Made by a program: the position numbers and the translations under genes
Notes under the pieces: generated by a model
Databases searched by the model: none
Seen by the model: only the letters and a program-made list of their open reading frames with translations
Told to the model about the DNA's origin: nothing
Assembly (NCBI GenBank): GCA_963836055.1
Contig: CAWIID010000005.1
Coordinates: 17,042 to 81,041, forward strand
From: an uncultured Alphaproteobacteria bacterium
GTDB taxonomy: Bacteria > Pseudomonadota > Alphaproteobacteria > Rhizobiales > Xanthobacteraceae
Direction: 5' to 3'
Length of the DNA stretch: 64,000 bases
In this document: piece after piece, positions 38,572 through 46,955 of the stretch
Layout of the letters: each line of letters starts with the position of its first letter
Numbering within the stretch: position 1 is the stretch's first letter

Positions 38572-40022
38572 CTTTTTATGGCGTGACGTTCAATCCCTTA
38601 GCCGGAGTCCTCGCCGTTCCCGCTTTCGCCGCGGCGTTGTTCGCGGTACTGCCCGCGTATCGGCTGACCGCGCGGCTCAACGTGCTGGCGACAACCCTGA
38701 CTTTGCTGTGCGCGCTTTCGCTGTTCGTCGGAAAGCCACAGCCTAATTCCTATCTTCTGGTCGATGATCTCAACAGCACGTTCATCGTGCTCTCGACATT
38801 CGTGGGTTTCACCACAAGCATATTCAGCGCCAGCTATATCGGCCACGAACTCGACATCGGCCGGTTGACGCCGCAGTCCGTGCGCTTCTATCACGCGATG
38901 TATCAGGTCCTGATGTTCGCGATGAATCTCGCGCTCGCCGCCAACAATATCGGCCTGATGTGGGTGGCGATCGAGCTTGCCACCCTCACGACGGTGCTGA
39001 TGGTCGGCATCTACCGCACGCACGAGGCGCTCGAGGCGGCGTGGAAATATTTCATCCTCGGCAGCGTCGGCATCGCACTCGCGTTGTTTGGTACGATCCT
39101 GGTCTATATGGCGGCGCGGCCGGTCGTGGGTGAAGGTCTCGACGCCATGGTCTGGTCCGTGCTCGTCAAGCGCGCCGGCGCCTTCGACCCGGCGCTGCTC
39201 AATGTCGCGTTTGTCTTTCTGCTACTCGGCTACGGCACGAAAGTCGGGCTCGCGCCATTACACGCCTGGCTGCCCGATGCGCACGCCGAGGGCCCGACAC
39301 CGATTTCGGCGGTGCTGTCGGGATTACTGCTCAATGTCGCGCTTTACGCCCTGTTGCGCTTCAAGATGCTGCTGGCGGCAAACACCGGTGCGCTCGCGCC
39401 CGGCCCGTTGATGGTGACGCTCGGATTACTTTCACTCGTCTTCGCCGCGTTCATGCTTTACCGCCGGCGCGACATCAAGCGCATGTTCGCCTATTCGTCG
39501 ATTGAGCATATGGGCATCATCACCTTCGCCTTCGGCATGGGTGGACCGCTCGCCAATTTTGCCGGCCTGCTGCACATGACCATGCATTCGCTCACCAAGT
39601 CGGCGATATTTTTTGCCGTCGGCCATGTCGCCCAGGTCAAGGGGACGCAACGGATCGCCGACATGGGTGGCCTGACCGAAACCCATCCGGTGCTTGGCTG
39701 GGGGTTGATCCTGGGCGTCCTGGCCATCGCCGGACTGCCGCCGCTCGGCATTTTCATGAGCGAATTTCTGGTCATCAGCTCGACCTTCGCCCGCGCGCCG
39801 TTGCTCGCGCTTGTTCTCGTTTTTGGCATTCTCGTCGGCTTTGCCGCTCTGTTCCTGCGGCTCAACAGCATCGCGTTCGGCGAGCCGCGCGGTCCTACGG
39901 CCAAGGCGCAGGCCTCCTACGTCCCGATGTTCGCCCATCTTGGCCTCGTCCTGCTCGCCGGCATTTATATGCCGCCGGCGCTGGTCGCCTGGTTCCAGAA
40001 CGTTGCCGGACTGCTGGGTTAA
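38568..40022 (+). CDS. HyfF/NuoN-like antiporter subunit
   Basis: 484 aa with GTKVGLAPLHAWLPDAHAEGPTPISAVLSG and YSSIEHMG motifs. Confidence 0.88.
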   Translation: MTFYGVTFNPLAGVLAVPAFAAALFAVLPAYRLTARLNVLATTLTLLCALSLFVGKPQPNSYLLVDDLNSTFIVLSTFVGFTTSIFSASYIGHELDIGRLTPQSVRFYHAMYQVLMFAMNLALAANNIGLMWVAIELATLTTVLMVGIYRTHEALEAAWKYFILGSVGIALALFGTILVYMAARPVVGEGLDAMVWSVLVKRAGAFDPALLNVAFVFLLLGYGTKVGLAPLHAWLPDAHAEGPTPISAVLSGLLLNVALYALLRFKMLLAANTGALAPGPLMVTLGLLSLVFAAFMLYRRRDIKRMFAYSSIEHMGIITFAFGMGGPLANFAGLLHMTMHSLTKSAIFFAVGHVAQVKGTQRIADMGGLTETHPVLGWGLILGVLAIAGLPPLGIFMSEFLVISSTFARAPLLALVLVFGILVGFAALFLRLNSIAFGEPRGPTAKAQASYVPMFAHLGLVLLAGIYMPPALVAWFQNVAGLLG

Positions 40023-40026
40023 AACG

Positions 40027-41541
40027 ATGCCCGCGCTGATCGACATCATTCGCGGCAAACGAGTTGACGATCATCGCCCCTGGCCGCGTTTGATGGTCAC
40101 GACCGATGTTTGGAGCGAGGTTGCGACCGAACTCGCCGCCGGCCGCGCAACGCTGCTTGGCCTCTGGGGCGATTCCAGCGCCTCGTACGCAGTGCACATG
40201 GCGATCGTGGACCAACAGGACGCAAGCGACATCGCCGTCGTGAGCCTCGAATGTCCGAACGAAACGTTTCCGTCGGTTGGCGCGCTACACCCACCTGCCA
40301 TACGGCTCGAACGCGCCATCTTCAGTCTCTACGGGCTCCAACCAGTCGGCGCTCCGGATTTGCGACCGTGGCTCGATCTCGGCTTTTGGGATGTGCAACG
40401 GCCGCTCGGCACGCGCATCTCCGCGCCGGATGTAAGGCCGCCCTACCCGTTTTTGCCGGTGGAGGGTGAGAGCCTGCATCAAATCCCGGTCGGGCCCGTA
40501 CACGCCGGCATCATCGAGCCGGGACATTTTCGTTTCACCGCCGGCGGTGAGACCGTGGTGCGGCTCGAAGAACGCCTCGGCTATGTGCACAAGGGCATCG
40601 AGTCGCTGATGGCAGGGGCGGAGATCGGGCGGGCCGCACGCCTTGCCGCGCGCACGTCCGGCGACAGCACTGTGGCCTACGGAATCGCATTTGCTCATGC
40701 TGTCGAGGCGGCTTTGAACGTCGAAGCGCCGCCACGAGCGCAATATTTGCGTGCGCTGATGGCCGAGCTTGAACGGCTGGCAAATCACTTCGGCGACATC
40801 GGCGCCATCTGCAACGACGCCTCGTTCGCGCTCATGCATGCGCATTGTGGAATCCTGCGCGAACTGGTGTTGCGCACCGCCGAACGCTGCTTTGGCCATC
40901 GTCTGATGATGGATCGCGTCATCCCTGGCGGCGTCGGCGCCGATCTCACCTCATCCGGCATTGCGGTCCTGAAAGAGGCTTTGCAACATTTCCGGCTGCG
41001 GTTTCCCAGCCTGATCGAACTTTACGACAACACGGCCTCGCTGCAGGACCGCACCGCCCGCACCGGTATCGTAAGTGTCGAATTGGCCCGGCAGTTCGGA
41101 GCGTCCGGCTATGTTGGGCGCGCCAGCGGCCGCAACTTCGACGCACGGAAAAGCCCGGGTTACGCGCCGTACAACGAACTCAACTTCGACGTTCCGGTGC
41201 TGACGGCCGGCGATGTCAATGCCCGGGTGTGGATCCGTATCCGCGAAGTGGAGCAAAGCCTGGCGCTGATAGAGCAACTGATCGAGCGCCTGCCGACCGG
41301 ATCGATCAACACCGCACTCGATGGCGGCAGCGGCGAAGGTTTGGGCTTTGCGGAAGGCTTCCGCGGGGATGTGCTGGTCTCGGTGCGGCTCGACGGCGCA
41401 CGCATCGTGCGTTGCCATCTGCGCGATCCGTCGTGGTTTCAGTGGCCGCTGCTGGAGGCCGCAATCGAAGGCAACATCGTTGCCGACTTTCCACTCTGCA
41501 ACAAGTCGTTCAACTGCTCGTATTCGGGGCACGACTTGTAG
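40027..41541 (+). CDS. HyfG/HycE-like NuoC-NuoD fusion large subunit lacking the [NiFe] cysteine ligands
   Basis: It has the IPVGPVHAGIIEPGHFRF and ERLGYVHKGIE motifs. The position of the RxCGxCxxxH motif reads RTSGDSTVAY (40651-40680). The C-terminus reads FPLCNKSFNCSYSGHDL where HycE has PLIIGSLDPCYSCTDR. The ORF-track start at 39811 overlaps hyfF, so the ATG at 40027 is used. Confidence 0.85.
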   Translation: MPALIDIIRGKRVDDHRPWPRLMVTTDVWSEVATELAAGRATLLGLWGDSSASYAVHMAIVDQQDASDIAVVSLECPNETFPSVGALHPPAIRLERAIFSLYGLQPVGAPDLRPWLDLGFWDVQRPLGTRISAPDVRPPYPFLPVEGESLHQIPVGPVHAGIIEPGHFRFTAGGETVVRLEERLGYVHKGIESLMAGAEIGRAARLAARTSGDSTVAYGIAFAHAVEAALNVEAPPRAQYLRALMAELERLANHFGDIGAICNDASFALMHAHCGILRELVLRTAERCFGHRLMMDRVIPGGVGADLTSSGIAVLKEALQHFRLRFPSLIELYDNTASLQDRTARTGIVSVELARQFGASGYVGRASGRNFDARKSPGYAPYNELNFDVPVLTAGDVNARVWIRIREVEQSLALIEQLIERLPTGSINTALDGGSGEGLGFAEGFRGDVLVSVRLDGARIVRCHLRDPSWFQWPLLEAAIEGNIVADFPLCNKSFNCSYSGHDL

Positions 41542-41656
41542 GGAGCAAAGGACGACACTATGCGCAGAAAGCTTTTCGAGGGCTTGACGCACCGTCCCCT
41601 CACCGAAGCGCCGCCGCTCATCGAGCGACGAGGCGCGTGACGAGCTTGCCAGGCAA

Positions 41657-42094
41657 TTGGATCGCGCGGCGCGGCGGCGCTTGGGACGAAGCCTGTCGAT
41701 CCGCGAGGTGGACGCCGGCTCATGCAACGGCTGCGAGCTCGAAATCAATGCGCTCAATAATGCGTTCTACGATCTCGAGCGCTTTGGCCTGCGCTTCGTC
41801 GCCTCGCCGCGCCACGCCGACGTGCTGCTGGTGACGGGACCGGTGACCAAGAACATGCGCGAGGCGCTGGAGCGGACCTACCGCGCAACGCCGGACCCCA
41901 AGTGGGTGGTGGCGGTGGGAGACTGTGCGCTGGACGGCGGGATTTTCGCGGGCAGCTACGCCGTCACCGGAGGCGTTTCGAATGTGGTCCCGGTCGATCT
42001 GCATATTCGCGGCTGCCCGCCGTCGCCCACCGAACTCCTGAAGGGATTGATCGCGCTGCTGGATCATGCAGGCAATAAAACCAGCGTGGCCTGA
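41657..42094 (+). CDS. HyfI/HycG/NuoB-like [4Fe-4S] small subunit (N-terminus possibly longer, see findings)
   Basis: The GSCNGCE, GDCA and GCPP cysteine motifs are all present. The listed start is a TTG. Confidence 0.85.
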   Translation: MDRAARRRLGRSLSIREVDAGSCNGCELEINALNNAFYDLERFGLRFVASPRHADVLLVTGPVTKNMREALERTYRATPDPKWVVAVGDCALDGGIFAGSYAVTGGVSNVVPVDLHIRGCPPSPTELLKGLIALLDHAGNKTSVA

Positions 42095-42137
42095 AAGACC
42101 ATGGTCCGTGATCGGCAAGGATCGCCATGAGGATCGC

Positions 42138-42678
42138 TCACTGCCCTCCTCGGCTTGGCAAAGGCACATCGAAGCAGCCGTTGACCATGGCCATCATCGA
42201 GTAATAGCCGCAGAGCGTGACGATCTCGATCAGTCCATGCAAGCCGAACCGGCCGACGGCCCGTATCCTGCAACGCCTGCGGGATCGAACGATAGGCAAA
42301 GGCGCAATCGGCGATCTGGCTCACCATGTCGAAGGGCGCGGCAAACTCTTTGCTGCCGGCCTCGATACCGTTGATGAGGCCGTCCTGCAGGCCGGCTGCG
42401 CGCGCCGCGGCGACGTGATCGGCCCACACGAAGGCGACGCCTGAGCGTTTAGCGAGCATCAGGACGACGAACTGATAGACCTCGCGCGGCAGTGCCGATT
42501 CAAACTTGTAATAATAGCCGAGCTGCTCGATGAGCCGTGCAAGTTGAGGATGATTGAGCAGCGGGATATAGGGGCCGAGATGGTCGACCCCTTTGGCCTT
42601 CCGCCTGGTCAGAATGTCTTCATAGATTGCGCGGCCTTCGCCTGCGAGCGTCGCAGTCGGATCGGGAAGACTTGCCAC
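42138..42678 (-). pseudogene. carboxymuconolactone decarboxylase (AhpD-like) family protein, frame-disrupted at CCC 42260-42262
   Basis: ORF 42064..42678 is CMD-like up to ...AFAYRSIPQALQDT. The natural continuation VGRFGLHGLIEIVTLCGYYSMMAMVNGCFDVPLPSRGGQ* is in the adjacent frame, with its stop at 42138-42140. Confidence 0.7.
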
Positions 42679-42687
42679 GCCGTTCTC

Positions 42688-44400
42688 CTATTCGTGATAG
42701 GACCACGCCCGCGCGCCGGCGTTGAAGTCGTAAACCGGCGTCGGGCAGTTTTTGTCGGCCTTGACGTCGATCACCACTGTGGCATCCGCAGCGAGGGCCT
42801 TAGCGAACGTCTCCCCGAGAGCCGCGGGGTCGGTCACTGTCATGCCCTGCGCGCCGAGTGAGCGCGCGAAGCCGGCCCAGTCGTGATCGGGGATTGTGGT
42901 CAATTCCGACGGCAACGGACCATACTGATGCGCGCGCAGCCAGACATTGCCGAGCGCGCCGTTGTTCAGCACCACGTAAATGATCGGCAGGCGATAGCGC
43001 GCGGCAGTCTGCACGTCCATGCCGTGCATCTGCATGCAGCCGTCGCCGGTCATGACGGCGACGCGGCGGTCGGGCCGCGCGCATTGCACTCCGATCGCCG
43101 CCGGAATAGCCCAGCCCATCGGGCCGAGATTGGTCGCTGAGATGTAAGTACGCGGCTCATAGGCGCTCCAATAGTGTCCGGCAAACGCCCGATGCGCGCC
43201 GGAATCGACCAGCACGACGCCGTCGCGCGGGAACGCTTCGCGTAACGCGGTCACAGCCGCGGCGGGGTGGATCGGGCGCGTCGCTCGGCTGCAATTCTCG
43301 GTGTCGTAAAGCCGCGGACCGGCTTTGATGGAAGCGACCCAAGACTGCCGCGCCGATTGGCTGCGCGCGAGCGCGGCCGCGGCTGCCCCGTCGTTGTGGC
43401 TCAACACGTCGAGGAAGGCGCGGCAACTTCCCGGCACCACATGGCCCGCGGTGCCGCCCGAAGTGATTTCATGCATGTCGGTGTTGACATGGATCATCAG
43501 CGCCTTCGATTTTTCCCGCAACGTCCAATGCATCGTATCGCGCTCGTTCAGCCCCGAGCCGAGGATCAGCAGAACGTCGAGATCGCCCGCGAGAAGCGCG
43601 GCGGTTGCGTGTCGCGTGCCGGCATAGCCAAAAACGCCAAGCGACAGATCATGGTCTTCGGGAAAGACGCCCTTGGCCCGAAGCGTGGTCGCGACCGGGA
43701 TCGACCAGCGCTCGGCCACCGCCTTCAACGCAGCAGCAGCGGTATCGTGCTCGATGCCAGCACCGGCCAGGATCGCGACACGCGGACCTTCGCCCAAAAA
43801 TTCGATGACCTTTTCCGCCGCCGGCAGATTGAGCGGCGTGACATCGTCGAAGAACTCGCGGACCGGCGCGTAGTCGGCGCTGCAGTCCGACATCAGCGCG
43901 TCGTGAGTCAGCGAGAAATGCACCGGGCCGCTCGGCTGGGCCAGCATCGAGGTCAAACCGTAACGAAACCAATGAGCAAGATTCTTGGCGCTCGCGACCG
44001 TCATCGACAGCCGCGTGACCGGCCGCATGATGGACGTGTCGTCGAGCGACGCCTGGCTGGCATCCTGGAATTCGCCGAGACCCTCCATGTCGATCGGAAT
44101 CTCGCCGCTGAGCACCAGGATCGGCGAGGAATCCGTTTTGGCCGCTGCCACCGCGGTCGTCATATTGCAGAGACCTGGACCGCCGATGCCGAGCGCGGCG
44201 CCGAACCGTCCGCTGGCGCGTGCATAGCCATCAGCCATATAGGCGGCGCCGCCTTCATGGGTGGCGACAATCGGCTTAAGGCCCGGATGACGGGAGAGAG
44301 CCGGCAGGAAAGGATCGACCAGACCGCCGGGAACCATGAACAGGTGGTCGATACCCTCGCGTATGAGAGCGTCGAGAACAAAATCTGCGCCGGCCGCCAT
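42688..44400 (-). CDS. thiamine-diphosphate-dependent enzyme (acetolactate synthase large-subunit-like)
   Basis: 570 aa. It has an N-terminal Pyr domain (HEGGAAYMADGYAR), a central domain and a C-terminal PP domain (GDGCMQMHGMDVQTAARYRLPIIYVVLNN). Confidence 0.85.
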   Translation of the reverse strand: MAAGADFVLDALIREGIDHLFMVPGGLVDPFLPALSRHPGLKPIVATHEGGAAYMADGYARASGRFGAALGIGGPGLCNMTTAVAAAKTDSSPILVLSGEIPIDMEGLGEFQDASQASLDDTSIMRPVTRLSMTVASAKNLAHWFRYGLTSMLAQPSGPVHFSLTHDALMSDCSADYAPVREFFDDVTPLNLPAAEKVIEFLGEGPRVAILAGAGIEHDTAAAALKAVAERWSIPVATTLRAKGVFPEDHDLSLGVFGYAGTRHATAALLAGDLDVLLILGSGLNERDTMHWTLREKSKALMIHVNTDMHEITSGGTAGHVVPGSCRAFLDVLSHNDGAAAAALARSQSARQSWVASIKAGPRLYDTENCSRATRPIHPAAAVTALREAFPRDGVVLVDSGAHRAFAGHYWSAYEPRTYISATNLGPMGWAIPAAIGVQCARPDRRVAVMTGDGCMQMHGMDVQTAARYRLPIIYVVLNNGALGNVWLRAHQYGPLPSELTTIPDHDWAGFARSLGAQGMTVTDPAALGETFAKALAADATVVIDVKADKNCPTPVYDFNAGARAWSYHE

Positions 44401-44607
44401 ACCCCGTCACCACCGTGAAGTCAGGCACGGCAATCATGCCCCGGCCTATCCCGCGGCGCAAACCTGGTGTCTTCCACCAAAAAGCCCCAAAGCCGCACTC
44501 ATAATGTATGATAACTCGCCTGCGGAAGCAGGGCGGCATTTGCCGATTCCGCAGGGCAAAGAGGCACGCGAAGTTCTCCCAGTTTCATCTCGGATGAAGG
44601 GGCAGTT

Positions 44608-45243
44608 ATGGCGCAGGCGAAACGTAGTTCCAAACTGAAGCGACGGAAGGCAGCCTTGGTCTTGGGGGCAGCCGGCGTTTCTTTGGCGATGGGCGGCCGG
44701 GCATCGGCAACCGCGCCGGCGACGAACGTACCGTCGGAGGACAACGCGAACCGAATTGTTCTCGGCGAAGAGGAAATATCTGACATCAGTTTGGCGACCT
44801 TCCACGTCTTCGACAAGGAAAACGAGCCTCTGCTTCGCCAAGGCCTGAGAGTTGCAGCGGGCTGTGGTCACGGCGGCGGTTGCGGCGGTTGTGGTCATGG
44901 CGGCGGCTGCGGCGGTTGTGCTCATGCCGGCGGCTGCGGTGGTTGTGCGCGTGGTGGCGGCTGCGCGGCGGCTCGTATCGGCTGCGCCGGCGGTTGCGCG
45001 GCGGCTCATGTCGGCTGCGCCCGCGGCTGTGCGGCGGTTCATGTCGGCTGCGCCCGCGGCTGCGTTGCTCATGTTGCCTGCGCCCGCGGTTGCAGGGGTC
45101 TCGGCTGCGGAGGCGGCTGCCGCGGGGGCTGCGCTTGCGCTGGTGTATGGATCGGAGGAGCCTGCTTTGGCTGTGGCATAGGCTTCGGAACCTGCTGGCA
45201 ATGGGACCCGGCCTTGGGCCAGTGGATCTACGTCTGCTTTTGA
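44608..45243 (+). CDS. secreted Cys/Gly-rich repeat protein (GCGGC / GCA(R/H) units)
   Basis: It has the signal-like N-terminus KLKRRKAALVLGAAGVSLAMGGRASA and a linker LGEEEISDISLATFHVFDKENEP. About 110 aa follow that are almost only C/G/A/H/R, ending in an aromatic tail TCWQWDPALGQWIYVCF. Confidence 0.65.
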   Translation: MAQAKRSSKLKRRKAALVLGAAGVSLAMGGRASATAPATNVPSEDNANRIVLGEEEISDISLATFHVFDKENEPLLRQGLRVAAGCGHGGGCGGCGHGGGCGGCAHAGGCGGCARGGGCAAARIGCAGGCAAAHVGCARGCAAVHVGCARGCVAHVACARGCRGLGCGGGCRGGCACAGVWIGGACFGCGIGFGTCWQWDPALGQWIYVCF

Positions 45244-45579
45244 CGAGGACGCTATCGCCGCCCGCACAGCCTGCGCTTAAAGCAGAAGCCGTTTTCGTCC
45301 TGCATTTCGTTCAGAGCGGCGGAAGGTGCGCTTCTGCCATTGCATCCTGCGCTCAGCGCCCATCCCCCTCCCGCGCCGCACCGCTGGCGCCGCCGGGTTC
45401 TTGATCTTGAGCCGGTGATCCGGGTGACCGGAGCGATACGATGAGTCGAGTCGTTGGCGCACCGGCGACGGCAAGCTATATAGGCACACTCGGCAGCGCG
45501 ATTGATGTTGACCCCTAGCGTTACCCTGGATTCACTGGCGTGCGAGCCGAACAGGAATATTGAGTAACATCGAGTAATT

Positions 45580-45654
45580 GCCGGGTTAGCTCAGCGGTAG
45601 AGCAGCGGTTTTGTAAACCGTTGGTCGGGAGTTCAATCCTCTCACCCGGCACCA
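45580..45654 (+). tRNA. tRNA-Thr (anticodon TGT), encoded CCA
   Basis: GCCGGGTTAGCTCAGCGGTAGAGCAGCGGTTTTGTAAACCGTTGGTCGGGAGTTCAATCCTCTCACCCGGCACCA folds as a cloverleaf by inspection. Confidence 0.93.
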
Positions 45655-45661
45655 CCGCTAG

Positions 45662-46932
45662 CAGTCTGCTGAAAAACCGCTCGCCACGACGGGAGTTTGC
45701 TGATTCAGTTTTGTAAGACAAATCGGCGGAGGCTTGCATGCGCGGCGCATTTGTGGATCAGGGCCGGTTGTTTTCGTACATTTCGCCGGAGGCGCGGGTT
45801 CCGAAGAGCCACCCGTTGCGGAAGATTCGAGAGCTTGTCCGTGATGTGTTGAGCGAACTGAGCCGCAGCTTGGAGAAGCTGTACGCGAGCGAAGGACGCC
45901 CCTCGGTTCCGCCGGAACAATTGCTCAGCGCGTTGCTGCTGCAGGTGTTCTACGGCATCCGTTCGGAGCGGCAGTTGATGGAACAACTGGATTACAATCT
46001 TTTGTACCGCTGGTTCGTGGGACTTTCGCCCGACGATCCGGTCTGGGATCCGACCAGCTTCACCAAGAACCGCGACCGGCTGCTGCACGACGGCGACGTA
46101 TTCGCCAAGTTCATGACCAAGCTTCTGAACCATCCGCAGGTCAAGCCGCTGTTGTCGGACGAGCATTTTTCTGTGGATGGCACGCTGATCGAGGCCTGGG
46201 CCTCGCAGAAGAGCTTTCGCCCTAAGGACGGCAGCGACGACGATGGCGCCAACTTCCACGGCCAGAAGCGCAAGAACGACACCCATGCCAGCACCAGTGA
46301 TTCCGACAGTCGCCTTTATCGCAAGGCCGCCGGGCGGGAGGCAAAGCTGTCCTACATGGGCCACGCCACTATGGAGAACCGGCATGGGCTGGCGGTCGCC
46401 GGCATGGTCACGCTCGCCAACGGCACCGCCGAGCGTCGCGCCGCCGAGAGGATGCTCAAAGCCAAGGCCAAGCAGGCCGGCCGCCGCATCACCGCCGGCG
46501 CGGACAAAGCCTATGACACGGCCGATCATGTCGCCAAGCTTCGCGCCCTCAACGTCACACCGCACGTGACGCAGAACGACGGCGTCACCAAGACCGGCAA
46601 GCGCCGCCGCAGCGCCATCGACCAACGGACGACGCGCCACCAAGGCTACGGCATGTCGCAATCGCGCCGCGCCATGATCGAATGCCTGTTCGGCTGGGGC
46701 AAGCAGCACGGCACCATGCGCAAGACCAAACATCGCGGCATCGCCAACGTCGCTGCCGACTTCCTGCTCAACCTGATCGCCTACAACCTAATTCGCATTC
46801 CTAAACTGATCGCAGCATAGCAAGCAGGCGTTCAGGGACCAAAGGCGCCGCTCGAATACATCGCCAGAACCGCCCACCCTCTTCAAACAACAAAGAGCAA
46901 CGGCCCCAAATTCCAGGTTTTTCCGCAGACTG
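45662..46932 (+). mobile_element. IS5-family insertion sequence (1271 bp) with ~20-bp terminal inverted repeats and CTAG target-site duplication
   Basis: The left end reads CAGTCTGCTGAAAAACC. The right end reads GGTTTTTCCGCAGACTG, which is its reverse complement with one mismatch. CTAG is present at 45658-45661 and 46933-46936. It contains a single DDE transposase ORF. Confidence 0.85.
45738..46820 (+). CDS. IS5-family DDE transposase (InsH N-terminal domain + DDE_Tnp_1)
   Basis: It has HPLRKIRELVRDVL...GRPSVPPEQLLSALLLQVFYGIRSERQLMEQLDYNLLYRWFVGL, SVDGTLIEAWAS, AGADKAYD and a C-terminal LIAYNLIR. Confidence 0.93.
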   Translation: MRGAFVDQGRLFSYISPEARVPKSHPLRKIRELVRDVLSELSRSLEKLYASEGRPSVPPEQLLSALLLQVFYGIRSERQLMEQLDYNLLYRWFVGLSPDDPVWDPTSFTKNRDRLLHDGDVFAKFMTKLLNHPQVKPLLSDEHFSVDGTLIEAWASQKSFRPKDGSDDDGANFHGQKRKNDTHASTSDSDSRLYRKAAGREAKLSYMGHATMENRHGLAVAGMVTLANGTAERRAAERMLKAKAKQAGRRITAGADKAYDTADHVAKLRALNVTPHVTQNDGVTKTGKRRRSAIDQRTTRHQGYGMSQSRRAMIECLFGWGKQHGTMRKTKHRGIANVAADFLLNLIAYNLIRIPKLIAA

Positions 46933-46955
46933 CTAGACGAAACGCGGTGAACGAC

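Noticed and set aside
39811-41541. 576-aa version of the large-subunit ORF starting at 39811
   Set aside because: The first 72 codons overlap hyfF in another frame and are Arg/Ser/Pro-rich. The ATG at 40027, 4 nt after the hyfF stop, gives a normal NuoC-like N-terminus.
34953-42094. Annotating the cluster as a functional formate hydrogenlyase / hydrogenase-4
   Set aside because: The large subunit lacks the CxxC ligand pairs by manual alignment. There are no ferredoxin-type subunits and no FDH, hyp or hycI genes in the window. It is therefore called hydrogenase-related only.
44840-45130. Periodic GGCGGCTGCGGCGGTTG-type DNA repeats as a possible CRISPR array or non-coding tandem repeat
   Set aside because: The units are about 27-30 nt with no unique spacers. 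They are in frame within an ORF that has a signal peptide and a non-repetitive tail, so they are a coding low-complexity repeat. No CRISPR array was seen anywhere in the window.
45705-46733. 342-aa minus-strand ORF inside the IS element
   Set aside because: It is antisense to the clearly recognisable IS5-family transposase, and no second IS5 ORF is expected.
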